Below, piece after piece: positions 52,527 through 64,000 of a stretch of DNA of 64,000 bases. Numbering within the stretch: the first letter of the stretch is position 1; every line of letters begins with the position of its first letter. The notes beneath the pieces are model-generated. The model ran no database searches, was not told the origin of the DNA, and saw only the letters and a program-made list of their open reading frames with translations. The translations under genes were made by a program, and so were the position numbers. Source of the DNA: Nymphaea colorata (taxonomy: Eukaryota); NCBI RefSeq assembly GCF_008831285.2, contig NC_045138.2, positions 17,732,001 through 17,796,000 on the forward strand. Reading direction: 5' to 3'.

Positions 52527-53325
52527 AATAATAATAACACTTGGTGACCTTATATTGTAACTAATAGTCATAATTAGAATGTAAGTATTAATTAAAACAT
52601 AAAAAGAGAACCCGAGACTCTTCCCATGCTTTAACCGGCCTTTTACTCAGCTGCACTCATGTTAAATATATACATAAAGTTGAGCTGACAAAATTCGGTC
52701 ATTCCAGGCCACATAGATTGGATCAAGAAGAAAAGGAAAGTAACCTGAATTCTATTCCAAGAAGGTTTTAATTTGAGTCCGTATTTTACATAGCTAGATA
52801 GACTGTGTTAGATACATTTCTTTGCATAGAATGCCGGCAAGGGAAAATAATAGGTAGAATTTCCGTTGTTCAATAAACGGGGGCAAGGAAAATCTACAAT
52901 GTACAGCATGACATGAACCTCCTCACCTCAGGAACAAGTGTTGCAGGTACCTCCTGGGCTAAGGAGGTGCGTGGCTTGCTGCACACTATAGATTTTCCTT
53001 GCCCTTGTTTGTGGAAATTTTGCTTATTGGTTTTCCTTGCCTTGTTGAGCAAAGAAATGCATTTAATGCGGTCATGAGTTCAAACCTTCTTAGAACAAAA
53101 TTCAAGTTATTCTCTTTTGCTTCTTGTTCCAATGTTTGCAGTCGGAGATTGCCAAATTTTGTCAGTTGCTCAACTTTATGTACACGTTCGATATGAGCCC
53201 AACTGGGTAAAAGCCAATTAAAGCATGGGAAAAGTCATGTGTTCTCTTTTAAGTTTTAATATATATTTTCATTGTAATTATGTATATTAGTGGCAATATA
53301 AAGTCTTCCAAGTATTATCATTATT
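52527..53325. repeat. ~800-bp foldback element: ~400-bp arms and a short loop near 52940
   Basis: Left-arm gactcttcccatgcttta, tacataaagttgagc, ggggcaaggaaaatcta and catgaacctcctcacctcagg pair with right-arm cctgggctaaggaggtgcgtg, tagattttccttgccc, gctcaactttatgta and taaagcatgggaaaagtc. Confidence 0.88.
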
Positions 53326-56182
53326 ATTTCTGATGTAGGTTTCCTGTTTTGGACTGAGGCTGCTAGCTTTTCTTCGAACACTTGAAGTAAAAAATACGGG
53401 AGATAAAGAAATTTATTTGTTCTTTGTTATTATTTTAATGTTTCTGATTCAGCAAGGTATATTGAGGTTATTATTTTAATGTTTCTGATTCAGCAGCCCT
53501 TCATCTTTCTAAAGGGCTAAAACGTACCTTTGGTTGTCACCTTTAGATTGTGTTACTTCTGTTATCGCCTAGATATTAATCAATAACGAGGAAGAAAAGA
53601 AAAGTAACCTGAATTCATTCCAAGGAAGGTTTTGATTTGAGTCCGTATTTTACATAGCTAGATAGACTGTGTTAGATACATTTCTTTGCATAGAATGCCG
53701 GCAAGGGAAAATAATAGGTAGAATTTCCGTTGTTCAATAAACGGGGGCAAGGAAAATCTACAATGTACAGCATGACATGAACCTCCTCACCTCAGGAACA
53801 AGTGTTGCAGGTACCTCCTGGGCTAAGGAGGTGCGTGGCTTGCTGCACACTATAGATTTTCCTTGCCCTTGTTTGTGGAAATTTTGCTTATTGGTTTTCC
53901 TTGCCTTGTTGAGCAAAGAAATGCATTTAATGCGGTCATGAGTTCAAACCTTCTTAGAACAAAATTCAAGTTATTCTCTTTTGCTTCTTGTTCCAATGTT
54001 TGCAGTCGGAGATTGCCAAATTTTGTCAGTTGCTCAACTTTATGTACACGTTCGATATGAGCCCAACTGGGTAAAAGCCAATTAAAGCATGGGAAAAGTC
54101 ATGTGTTCTCTTTTAAGTTTTAATATATATTTTCATTGTAATTATGTATATTAGTGGCAATATAAAGTCTTCCAAGTATTATCATTATTATTTCTGATGT
54201 AGGTTTCCTGTTTTGGACTGAGGCTGCTAGCTTTTCTTCGAACACTTGAAGTAAAAAATACGGGAGATAAAGAAATTTATTTGTTCTTTGTTATTATTTT
54301 AATGTTTCTGATTCAGCAAGGTATATTGAGGTTATTATTTTAATGTTTCTGATTCAGCAGCCCTTCATCTTTCTAAAGGGCTAAAACGTACCTTTGGTTG
54401 TCACCTTTAGATTGTGTTACTTCTGTTATCGCCTAGATATTAATCAATAACGAGGAAGAAAAGAAAAGTAACCTGAATTCATTCCAAGGAAGGTTTTGAT
54501 TTGAGTCCGTATTTTACATAGCTAGATAGACTGTGTTAGATACATTTCTTTGCATAGAATGCCGGCAAGGGAAAATAATAGGTAGAATTTCCGTTGTTCA
54601 ATAAACGGGGGCAAGGAAAATCTACAATGTACAGCATGACATGAACCTCCTCACCTCAGGAACAAGTGTTGCAGGTACCTCCTGGGCTAAGGAGGTGCGT
54701 GGCTTGCTGCACACTATAGATTTTCCTTGCCCTTGTTTGTGGAAATTTTGCTTATTGGTTTTCCTTGCCTTGTTGAGCAAAGAAATGCATTTAATGCGGT
54801 CATGAGTTCAAACCTTCTTAGAACAAAATTCAAGTTATTCTCTTTTGCTTCTTGTTCCAATGTTTGCAGTCGGAGATTGCCAAATTTTGTCAGTTGCTCA
54901 ACTTTATGTACACGTTCGATATGAGCCCAACTGGGTAAAAGCCAATTAAAGCATGGGAAAAGTCATGTGTTCTCTTTTAAGTTTTAATATATATTTTCAT
55001 TGTAATTATGTATATTAGTGGCAATATAAAGTCTTCCAAGTATTATCATTATTATTTCTGATGTAGGTTTCCTGTTTTGGACTGAGGCTGCTAGCTTTTC
55101 TTCGAACACTTGAAGTAAAAAATACGGGAGATAAAGAAATTTATTTGTTCTTTGTTATTATTTTAATGTTTCTGATTCAGCAAGGTATATTGAGGTTATT
55201 ATTTTAATGTTTCTGATTCAGCAGCCCTTCATCTTTCTAAAGGGCTAAAACGTACCTTTGGTTGTCACCTTTAGATTGTGTTACTTCTGTTATCGCCTAG
55301 ATATTAATCAATAACGAGGAAGAAAAGAAAAGTAACCTGAATTCATTCCAAGGAAGGTTTTGATTTGAGTCCGTATTTTACATAGCTAGATAGACTGTGT
55401 TAGATACATTTCTTTGCATAGAATGCCGGCAAGGGAAAATAATAGGTAGAATTTCCGTTGTTCAATAAACGGGGGCAAGGAAAATCTACAATGTACAGCA
55501 TGACATGAACCTCCTCACCTCAGGAACAAGTGTTGCAGGTACCTCCTGGGCTAAGGAGGTGCGTGGCTTGCTGCACACTATAGATTTTCCTTGCCCTTGT
55601 TTGTGGAAATTTTGCTTATTGGTTTTCCTTGCCTTGTTGAGCAAAGAAATGCATTTAATGCGGTCATGAGTTCAAACCTTCTTAGAACAAAATTCAAGTT
55701 ATTCTCTTTTGCTTCTTGTTCCAATGTTTGCAGTCGGAGATTGCCAAATTTTGTCAGTTGCTCAACTTTATGTACACGTTCGATATGAGCCCAACTGGGT
55801 AAAAGCCAATTAAAGCATGGGAAAAGTCATGTGTTCTCTTTTAAGTTTTAATATATATTTTCATTGTAATTATGTATATTAGTGGCAATATAAAGTCTTC
55901 CAAGTATTATCATTATTATTTCTGATGTAGGTTTCCTGTTTTGGACTGAGGCTGCTAGCTTTTCTTCGAACACTTGAAGTAAAAAATACGGGAGATAAAG
56001 AAATTTATTTGTTCTTTGTTATTATTTTAATGTTTCTGATTCAGCAAGGTATATTGAGGTTATTATTTTAATGTTTCTGATTCAGCAGCCCTTCATCTTT
56101 CTAAAGGGCTAAAACGTACCTTTGGTTGTCACCTTTAGATTGTGTTACTTCTGTTATCGCCTAGATATTAATCAATAACGAG
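52727..56182 (+). repeat. Tandem array of 4 x 864 bp near-identical units
   Basis: Units start at 52727, 53591, 54455 and 55319. An identical 65-aa ORF recurs every 864 bp. By eye only the first ~45 bp of unit 1 differ. Confidence 0.97.
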
Positions 56183-56209
56183 AATTCACCATCTCAAAAA
56201 TTGGAAACA

Positions 56210-57035
56210 AATGGTAATAGCAATAACCCTTCGAGACCTTATATTGCAATTAATGGTCATAATTACAATGCAGATGTATATTTAAACTCGAAAGAGAACC
56301 TGAGATTCTTCCCATGCTTTAATCGGATTTTTACTCAGTTGTACTCATATCCAATATATACATAAAGCTGAGCTGACAAATTTTGGTCATTCCTGGGCAC
56401 ATAGATTGGAAGAGGGAGAAAAAGAAAGTAACTTGAATTCTATGCCAATAAGGTTTTAACTGGAGGCAACATTTTACATAGCTAAATAGACTGCATTTCT
56501 TTGCACAGAAGGGCAAGAAAAAACAACAATATATAGAAATTCCATTGTTCAACAAATAAGGGCAAAACAAATCTACAATGTACAGCAAGTCATGAACCAC
56601 CTCAGGAATAAGCATTGTAGATACATCCTAGCCTGAGGAGGTTCGTGACTTGCTGCTGTATATTATAGATTTTCCTTGCTCCTGTTTGTTGGATTAGTGG
56701 AAATTCTGCTTATTGTGTTTCCTTGACTTATTGTGCAAGGAGATGTAATGAAGATCTATCCATGTAAAATGCAGTCTCGAGTAAGATCTTCCTAAAACAG
56801 AATTCAAGTTATTCTCTTTTACTTCTTGCTCCAATGTTTGCAGTGGGGGATGACCAAATTTTGTCTGCTGCTCAACTTTATGTACATGTTCAATATGAGT
56901 CCAATTGCGTAAAAGCCAATTAAAACATGGGAAAAGTCATGGGTTCTCTTTTATGTTTTAATGTGTATTTACATTTTAAGTATGACTATTAGTTGCAACA
57001 TAAAGTCTCCAAGTTTTATTATTAATATTATTATT
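56210..57035. repeat. Second complete but diverged copy of the ~800-bp foldback
   Basis: Colinear with 52527-53325 (gaccttatattg.aa.taat.gtcataatta.aatg ... atgggaaaagtcatg.gttctctttt) and also self-complementary around ~56610. Confidence 0.85.
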
Positions 57036-57254
57036 ATTAGCGTTTGTTTCCCGATCATTTGGAGAGTCCGCCTGTCAAGATACAGCCTCTCCGGTGGCCC
57101 AACGAGGCCACAAGCCAAAGGGATTCGAGTGGCCGGCGGTCGAGATCTCTGACTTATGCACTCGGGATTTGAGTAATAGAGAGTACGGCATTTGGTGGAG
57201 AAAAGGCAGGACGCTCGGGTGATCGCAAGCTCGTTGTTAGTCCTCGAATCTCAG

Positions 57255-58745
57255 GACTTGTCTGGTTCACTAACAGGCAGGTTCATCGGTTCATGGATTT
57301 TGGTTTGTTTGACAGGACTTCTTGGCGGAAATTCATCTGGCGTCTTCTCCAATTCCGTCCATCAATCGGAAAGCTCAAAAAGCAGAGCCCCTGGTTCAGA
57401 TTTTTGGTCTTGGTCTCCTCCCATAGGTGCTGAGCCTGTTTCTGAGGATACCCAACATCTGAAAGTTGCAAAAGTGAAGTATTCTTCTTCAAAGCCTATT
57501 GCACCTGTGATGGAGAATGAGAGGTCAATTAACACAATACCATTCCCTTTGAAAGTGATCCCTTGCAGCCACTCCATTGATGACAATCAATGCTTGTAAA
57601 AGTGCCTGAATAAACTTTATGGAGGATCTGAAAACTGGGGTTTCGAATATTGAGAAGACTGCAGACAAATGGGGTAAGAATTGCAAAAATGAAGAGTGGC
57701 AGAAGACATGGTGGAAGCGCTATGACGCCTCAGGTTTTGCTGAGAAGTGGGCGCATAAGTGATGCTGCATAGACACATTTACACCCTTGGATGCTGGCCA
57801 TTCTCATGTCTGGCATGAGCAGTATGACTGATTCTGTCCGTCTGAAAGGAGAGCTCCCTCAGCACATGTTCCTTTTCTTTTACATTCTTCTATTATTTTA
57901 TCTTGCTTGTGCTTTGATCTCATTTTCTTGACACATGGTTGCAATAATAAAAATAATTTCCTACTGCGATTTTATTGTGCATTAAGGGAAACTTGCCGTT
58001 TTGTACGACTTTTCATTTTTAAATCAAATACAAGAAAAATTATCCTGCTAAATTAGATGGATCAGGGTAATTTTACCCTGCAAAAAAGCCGAACTTCGAA
58101 GGTCCGACTTTTTACCATTGACTTTTTTCATGGAAAAATTACTATCCCAAATTTTACCCTGCCATCAAACGGGACCTAAGAGAAGTGTTGCCTGCATCCA
58201 CTAGCAAGATTATCAATCTTGGAGCTTTCCTTTGCTTTCCTCTGAGTTTGAGTCAAGGAGAAAGTATTTGTGCCTACCTTTCTTTTTTCAGATCATTCAA
58301 CAGCAAGAAACTCTGAAATTCAAGGCTGCCGAAAGACGACTTATGGTAATGTAGTAAAACAGGAAAAGCTAGACTAGGGAAGTGTTTCAAATCTACTAAC
58401 CGCTTGAACTTTATAAAGCGAAATTCCTGAAATTCGTGCTTACTTGTGGGGGTCTAAAGCCTCTATTGCAATTTGTAACTAGGAACCGTTATAACACACA
58501 TTTGTATCTGTAAGTACCCCCATTATGGCAAGTTCAGAAGCCAAAGAAGACTGAACTCTGAGCTGCAGAAAATGTGTCTAGTCTATTTGAATTTTGACAT
58601 TTGGTTCTTGCTTTCAGCATCTGAACTCGTGCAATAGGCAAGGTATCATTACTTGGAGATCACTATATGCTTGCAGAAGCAATACAAATCCTATCGTCAG
58701 TTATACGGACATATGGTTTGTGTAGGCCGAGGAGGTCTATTGACC
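57255..58745 (+). pseudogene. LESV: Partial, decayed LESV paralog
   Basis: Contains the end of intron 1 and the 5' part of exon 2 (GLLGGNSSGV...RAPGSDFWSWSPP...PIAPVMENERS). A deletion removes the rest of exon 2 and intron 2. The exon 3 copy (~57625-57821) has TGG>TGA (HK*CCID). An intron 3 remnant follows, then only the tail of exon 4 (aagtacccccattatgg-caagttcagaagccaaagaagactgaactctga) and 3'UTR. Confidence 0.92.
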
Positions 58746-60671
58746 CCTATGCCAACGGCAGACTACCACATCCCCTGTGCCACTCAATGCAACCCCTTGG
58801 CACAAATATATTTTTTGAAAAAAAAATTATTTAGCATATGCAAAATTTTGGAAATTTCATTCAGTCCTCTATATAAATTTTTTAGAATGCTATTTCACCC
58901 TCCTTTAAAAAAAAAAATCTAACTCTGCCCCTGGTCTGAAGGGTAGCACCCATCGAGAATCAAACCTGAGATATGTGGCTCACACACTGCCGGCCTCGTT
59001 CTGCAAACCCCCAAAAGAAGTTTCCAGCAACAACTGAGAAGATTAGTTCCGGGAAATATAACCGAACCTGTTGTCATGAATCTGACTTGTTCTTCAAAAA
59101 GTTTGCGCTTAAAACAAGGTGATCTAGATTAACCCCTATGCCAACGGCAACACTTCTATGATAGAGAGGAAACTCGGAGGCCCTAAGACATCCGCACAAA
59201 CAAGACAAAAGCCAAAAGAGCTTTGTAAAGCACACCCATATAGAGAACAAGTAAAAGACGTGCATAAGTGATGAGCAAACTAAGAAACTGTGTTCCCTGC
59301 CCCGTATACTTTGGGATGCTTTCCAAGATGGCCTCTTATTTCAATCAACTAAAATTCCCTATTATTGTAAGACTAGGAAGATGATGGCTGCCAACAGGTC
59401 GGTTTCTGTAAGACGTTGGAAGCTCGACCACTCAAGTATGAGAAGTAGCTCGGGAAACCATGGTTCCACTCAGCCCACACAATTTTGCGCGCACTTCCTA
59501 TCTGCAGCCAATTTAAAATTTCATGTAACTTGCAGTGTTTTCAGCCCCACGTATCCACTAAACTTATGTCGTCATGGTTTGGTTCTTCAGCATTTGCATT
59601 GAGAAGACTTGTTAAAACTCACCTATAATTTGTCAGTGCACTTCTATAAGTGGTAAGATAATGTACCGAATGTCATGTAGAAGACCCTGAATCAGATCCT
59701 CTAAACGAGCTATAGAGAGTTGTCGTTTTAAAGAATCCGAATATAAATCCTCAGCCATAAGGCAGCGATGGAAGTTCTCACACATTCTTAACAAGGAAAT
59801 GTGAAGGGAAAGTGGTTGGACCCTTTAACTTAATTTTGTCCATGTTATGACAATTTTGTCTGAATGTAGTGGACAATGTCTTAAAGACGAACAAGATAAA
59901 TTTGACCACATAATTAGGACCACGCCTTCGAACGACGATTTTGTAATGCGAAAATATCTTAGAGAGCAAAAGTTTTCCGGCGCCTTCCAATCGCGTCTAG
60001 AATAAACTGGCAAACCCAATAAAAGAAAAGAGATCAGGTCCTCGCTTTCTTGGTAACGAAACAAGGAATCATATTAATCCAGATAAATTCAACTAGAAGA
60101 ACCAAACAAAAGGCTTGATCCTTGTCACGCAACTCCAACGACAACCCAAATCACACACGTTCTTAATATATATTACTATGAAACACATAACAATGCATCT
60201 GGTCCATGTTTTATCATGCACGCTGAGCTAACAGGGTTCATCCAAACATAAAATAAAAGGCCTTCACTTCGGGCACATGCAGCGTCTGATGATGTCACCA
60301 CAGACTGCGGGCATCACTGAACCACATATGAAACACTCCCCAACAGGAGTGTGCCAGCCCCAATAGGGACCATTTAAAAGTCGCTTAAAGGGGACAAGCC
60401 AGTAACAAGCTTTCAGCTCAAGACTAGGTGCTATTCTGAAAACGGTAAACAAAGTACTCGTTTGAAAAGAAATCCCAGACAAAAGGTTTCTTAAATATGG
60501 GCGTATCTACATTCTACCAACAAGATCCGATAACGGAAAAAGGAACGAACATAAGCCAATGCAATACAAAGTACGGACTCTGCAGGAAGGACTATTACTG
60601 GCAAATGAAGCCGGGGAAAAAAAAAGCTACAGTGGTATCTAAAATTGTCACCAACAACTTCAAAAGTAAAT

Positions 60672-62629
60672 CTACCTGGCCCCATTATCTGGACTTCCAT
60701 CCCCGTAGGAAACCAACCCCTTGTTCCTATCTGGGGAGCTTGATCGAGAGCGGCTGGGAGATCGACCGTTTTTAGGAGGAGACCTAGACTTGCCCTTGCT
60801 ATCTCGGCTGTGAGGTCTGGCATCTGGAGAAGATCCTGATGCAGATGGGCTCCTGCTTCTTGATAATGATCTTCCCCTGTCCGAAGGGTGGCTACCACCC
60901 CTAGAACCAACACGAGGTCGCAGCTTATCGCTCATGGCAGGTCTTTCATCGACAGGACTTCGGCTCCGAACAGGGCTTGGACTACGATCCCTAGCACGAC
61001 CACGGTAACCTCCAGGACTGCGTCCAGTGCTCCGGCTATGGCTCCTGCTACGGCTTCGACTCCTCCTACTCCTGTATCTGCAAAGGGAAGTGAAATTTTT
61101 ATAACAGCACGAGAAACATCTAATGCAATTTCTAAAGCTAAAAACAAAGAGTGCATGAAATGGGAGGATTATTTTTTAAAACATAAAGTTAGTACATATT
61201 TCCTCGCATGCGATATTATGTCAAAATTTGAGTTTGTTACAAGTAAAACCAGTCCAAAAAATGGAACTGGTTTTTCAAGCCCATTCCTTCCCAAAATTCC
61301 ACCAATCTTAGGGACAAAAAAAGGGGAGATAAGGAGAGGTAGAAGAAACAGTGTACATCATGTATATCTATATATACAAGAGGTAGAATATATACGTTCC
61401 CCGTTTCTTGTTTTTTGGAAAATTTCCATTTGGATGACTTCTGACTGCCATATTCTGCTTCTCTATTCGTATTTCCTTTGTTAGTTGTCTTGGGGTTGCC
61501 TTTCTGTTTCCCTAGTTGTTCGGTGGAAGGGAAGTCTTGGTGGTTTGGTTTGGTTCTTAATGCTTCCAGTATCAGAACATGAAAGCAGCGGGCGGGGTCA
61601 CCCTTATAATGATAGGCCAAAGGCCCTAGGCGGCCATGACCTTCTATTGCCACTTTTTAAAGTGCAAGACCGTATAGCCTAGCTACCGTTCAAAGTGATG
61701 CTGGAAGACAGGGGGAGAGAGACAGAAAAGAGAGAGAGTGAGAGAGAGAGAGAGACCTGGGAGGTGTTCTGCCTCTTGGCGGACTTCGATACCGTCTTGG
61801 AGGAGATCGGTCAGGATAGCTCCTGTAATTAGAATACCTGAAAACAGGAGAAAACTCAAGATCAAGTTCATATCACCACAAGCTATTTCACAAAAAAAAT
61901 AGTAAATCAATACTCATCTTGCATACCTCTCTCTCTCTCTTTCTTGAGCTCTATAACGATAACGTACTGGAGAACGATCTGGTGGCGAAGGAGTGCGATA
62001 GCGACGAGCATAAGAGTATCGTTCACTGAAGCCCCGACCCCTTCTAATACGTTTGGGAGAGCCATCAGGGGAAGCACTTCTTGACAAACTGCGTCGATGG
62101 TTTGAAGGTGTAGGAGCCTTCCTCACAGGGCTCCTGGTCCTCACTGGACTTCTTGAATAGCTCCTGCGATTCCCCCGACTGGCAGGTCTGACTGGACTCC
62201 TACTCACACTTCGTGGGGGTGGGCTCTTACTGGGACTTCTTCGGGGACTCAAGCTGGGACTAGGACTCTTGCTTACGCTCCTCGGACTCATGCTTCGACC
62301 TCTTCTTGGACTAGGCGATCGGCTCCTGTATCACTAGAGAAGTTAGCCAACAGTAACTCTATGGCAAGCATGAGAATGTCACAAACAACCCAAGGGACTG
62401 GACCTTGATTTGCTAGAGTCATCATCGGAATTAGAATGCCTATCAATAACTTTATCTGACTTGACTTCCAATTTGTCATCCGCAGCATTCCCATTATCTG
62501 GAAGTTCACCATTCTCTCGGGAAAATTCTCCCTCCTCCTGCGAAACATTCTCCTGTATAACCTTGGCTTCTTCTTTCTTTTGGTGTTCATCCACTGGTTG
62601 TCTATCCCCAGGTGAGAGGGGCTCCTTAC
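60672..62629 (-). CDS. CYP63: RS-domain cyclophilin (CYP63-like), last four coding exons; 5' exons outside the window
   Basis: GT-AG exons 62629-62404, 62325-61927, 61837-61757 and 61077-60672 are in frame. [30 protein letters not shown] and C-terminal [12 protein letters not shown] are typical of plant SR cyclophilins. The PPIase domain itself is not in the window. Confidence 0.82.
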
Positions 62630-63643
62630 CTACCAAAGAAAAAGTAGTCATTGTGGCACCGGTTAACACTTCCGAATAAATCCAGTCATCATATGTAAAA
62701 GGATTCTATTTCAAGTATTAATATGAAGTTCAAATAGAAGTCACGTACATTCAATCAACATCACAGAAAACGATAAGTGCACAATAAATACAAAATACAG
62801 AAACTTTATACGTGAACATAAGACTCACAATTACTACCATTCATTGCAATAGGAAAAGAAAATACATAAAGCCAAACTGGATGAACAGCCAATGCAAAGC
62901 ACAGAACCACATATACATCAGACAATCACATGATCACTTAAGCACTGACATCTTAATCGTATATCTGTCTCCTATCTAGCTTCTTTCCTTCAGAAAAAAG
63001 GCACAGTTTATGCACAACATTGAGAAAGATTATCGCTTCACTGGACACCTTTTACTTAAACAAGCTGCGGATCAGAGGACCTAACATTAGCAAGACACTC
63101 CCAACTCTTGTCAGATTGAGAATCCAATTCAATTAAGTTGCAACTTGACTTAACCCAGACAACCTATTTGAATACATAACTCAGTTCTTCCAAGAACCGA
63201 GCATCAACAAATATCGAGGAACAGCAACTTCAAAGCCAAAAATTGTATGTGTTAGATGAAAAATTAAGGACAGGATCTCAATCAGATAATGGTAAAGAAA
63301 GGGAAACAAGAAAACAGCCAGTTGACTAATTTACATTTCAGTAATTGAACCAACGTTACTGAACAATGATAGCGTAAAAGGTCCCCACGTCTTAAGACTC
63401 TAAAAACTAAAATCTGATTTTCATGTGCTCATTTTACGAAGCTTCCTTAGAGTCTTAGACCACCACAAACTTATGTCACGCTTGTTTATACAAGCACCAG
63501 GACGCACATTCCACACCCATTTACTATCCTGCTCAACTTGTTTTAAAAAGAGTATGATCTGCTTTTTTGCTTAACTCAGCTTCTTTCAACCTCCACAACA
63601 GTACAAGCATTCTCCAGCCCGATGCCAAAACTACCACCAAATT

Positions 63644-63659
63644 TCTCTCTCTTTCTCTT

Positions 63660-63705
<46 letters not shown>

Positions 63706-63720
63706 ACACACACAAACACA
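63644..63720. repeat. (CT)n/(CA)n microsatellite in the CYP63-like intron
   Basis: Read directly from the sequence. Confidence 0.9.
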
Positions 63721-64000
63721 ACAGGTCCAACACATTCACCCATTAGCCATCTAAGCTTCTCTCTTGTCCTTCTCCAACAAGGTACCTCCTCCACATAGTA
63801 CCACCAATCAACTGCCACCGAACATGATCTGTTCCAACATATATATTAAGGGGAAAAAAACTCATGCTAAAAAGCATTGCCATCCCAACGACCAATTATC
63901 TTTGGTTAGTAAAAAAGTTCAACCACAAAAAGTTTTAGCTTATGCTCTTAAACAATAAATAGTAATCTCAGACTACAAAAGAATATACCATGAACATGAG

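Noticed and set aside
52999..55788. Four identical 65-aa ORFs as a tandem gene family
   Set aside because: TTG start, no recognisable motif, and they lie in a palindrome arm. A by-product of the 864-bp repeat.
52727..56182. CRISPR-like or 5S rDNA-like array
   Set aside because: No short repeats with unique spacers and no 5S rRNA sequence recognised; eukaryotic context.
60888..61484. 198-aa plus-strand ORF
   Set aside because: Antisense to an RS-rich CYP63-like exon and running into its intron; no motif.

Overview
Flowering-plant nuclear DNA: AT-rich, with GT-AG introns, microsatellites and many MITE/hAT relics. No prokaryotic features, rRNA, tRNA or CRISPR were recognised. Apparently intact genes: an Agenet/Tudor + ENT chromatin protein (20081-21502 +), a type-A heterotrimeric G-protein gamma subunit (33764-30205 -), a proline-rich protein of unknown family (from 36945 +), LIKE EARLY STARVATION (LESV, 40828-44459 +), and the 3' RS-rich exons of a CYP63-like SR cyclophilin (62629-60672 -, 5' part outside the window). 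Two regions stand out. (1) 1.4-11.6 kb is packed with fragments of unrelated genes (NEK kinase, an unidentified exon chain, MLO, PPR-E, NAL1, RING-H2), most not apparent from the ORF track. (2) 44.7-58.8 kb is a rearranged local duplication of the LESV locus. It holds a LESV pseudogene, ~800-860 bp foldback (hairpin) elements and a near-identical 4 x 864 bp tandem array built from one foldback. All family calls come from manual translation and remembered motifs, not database searches.
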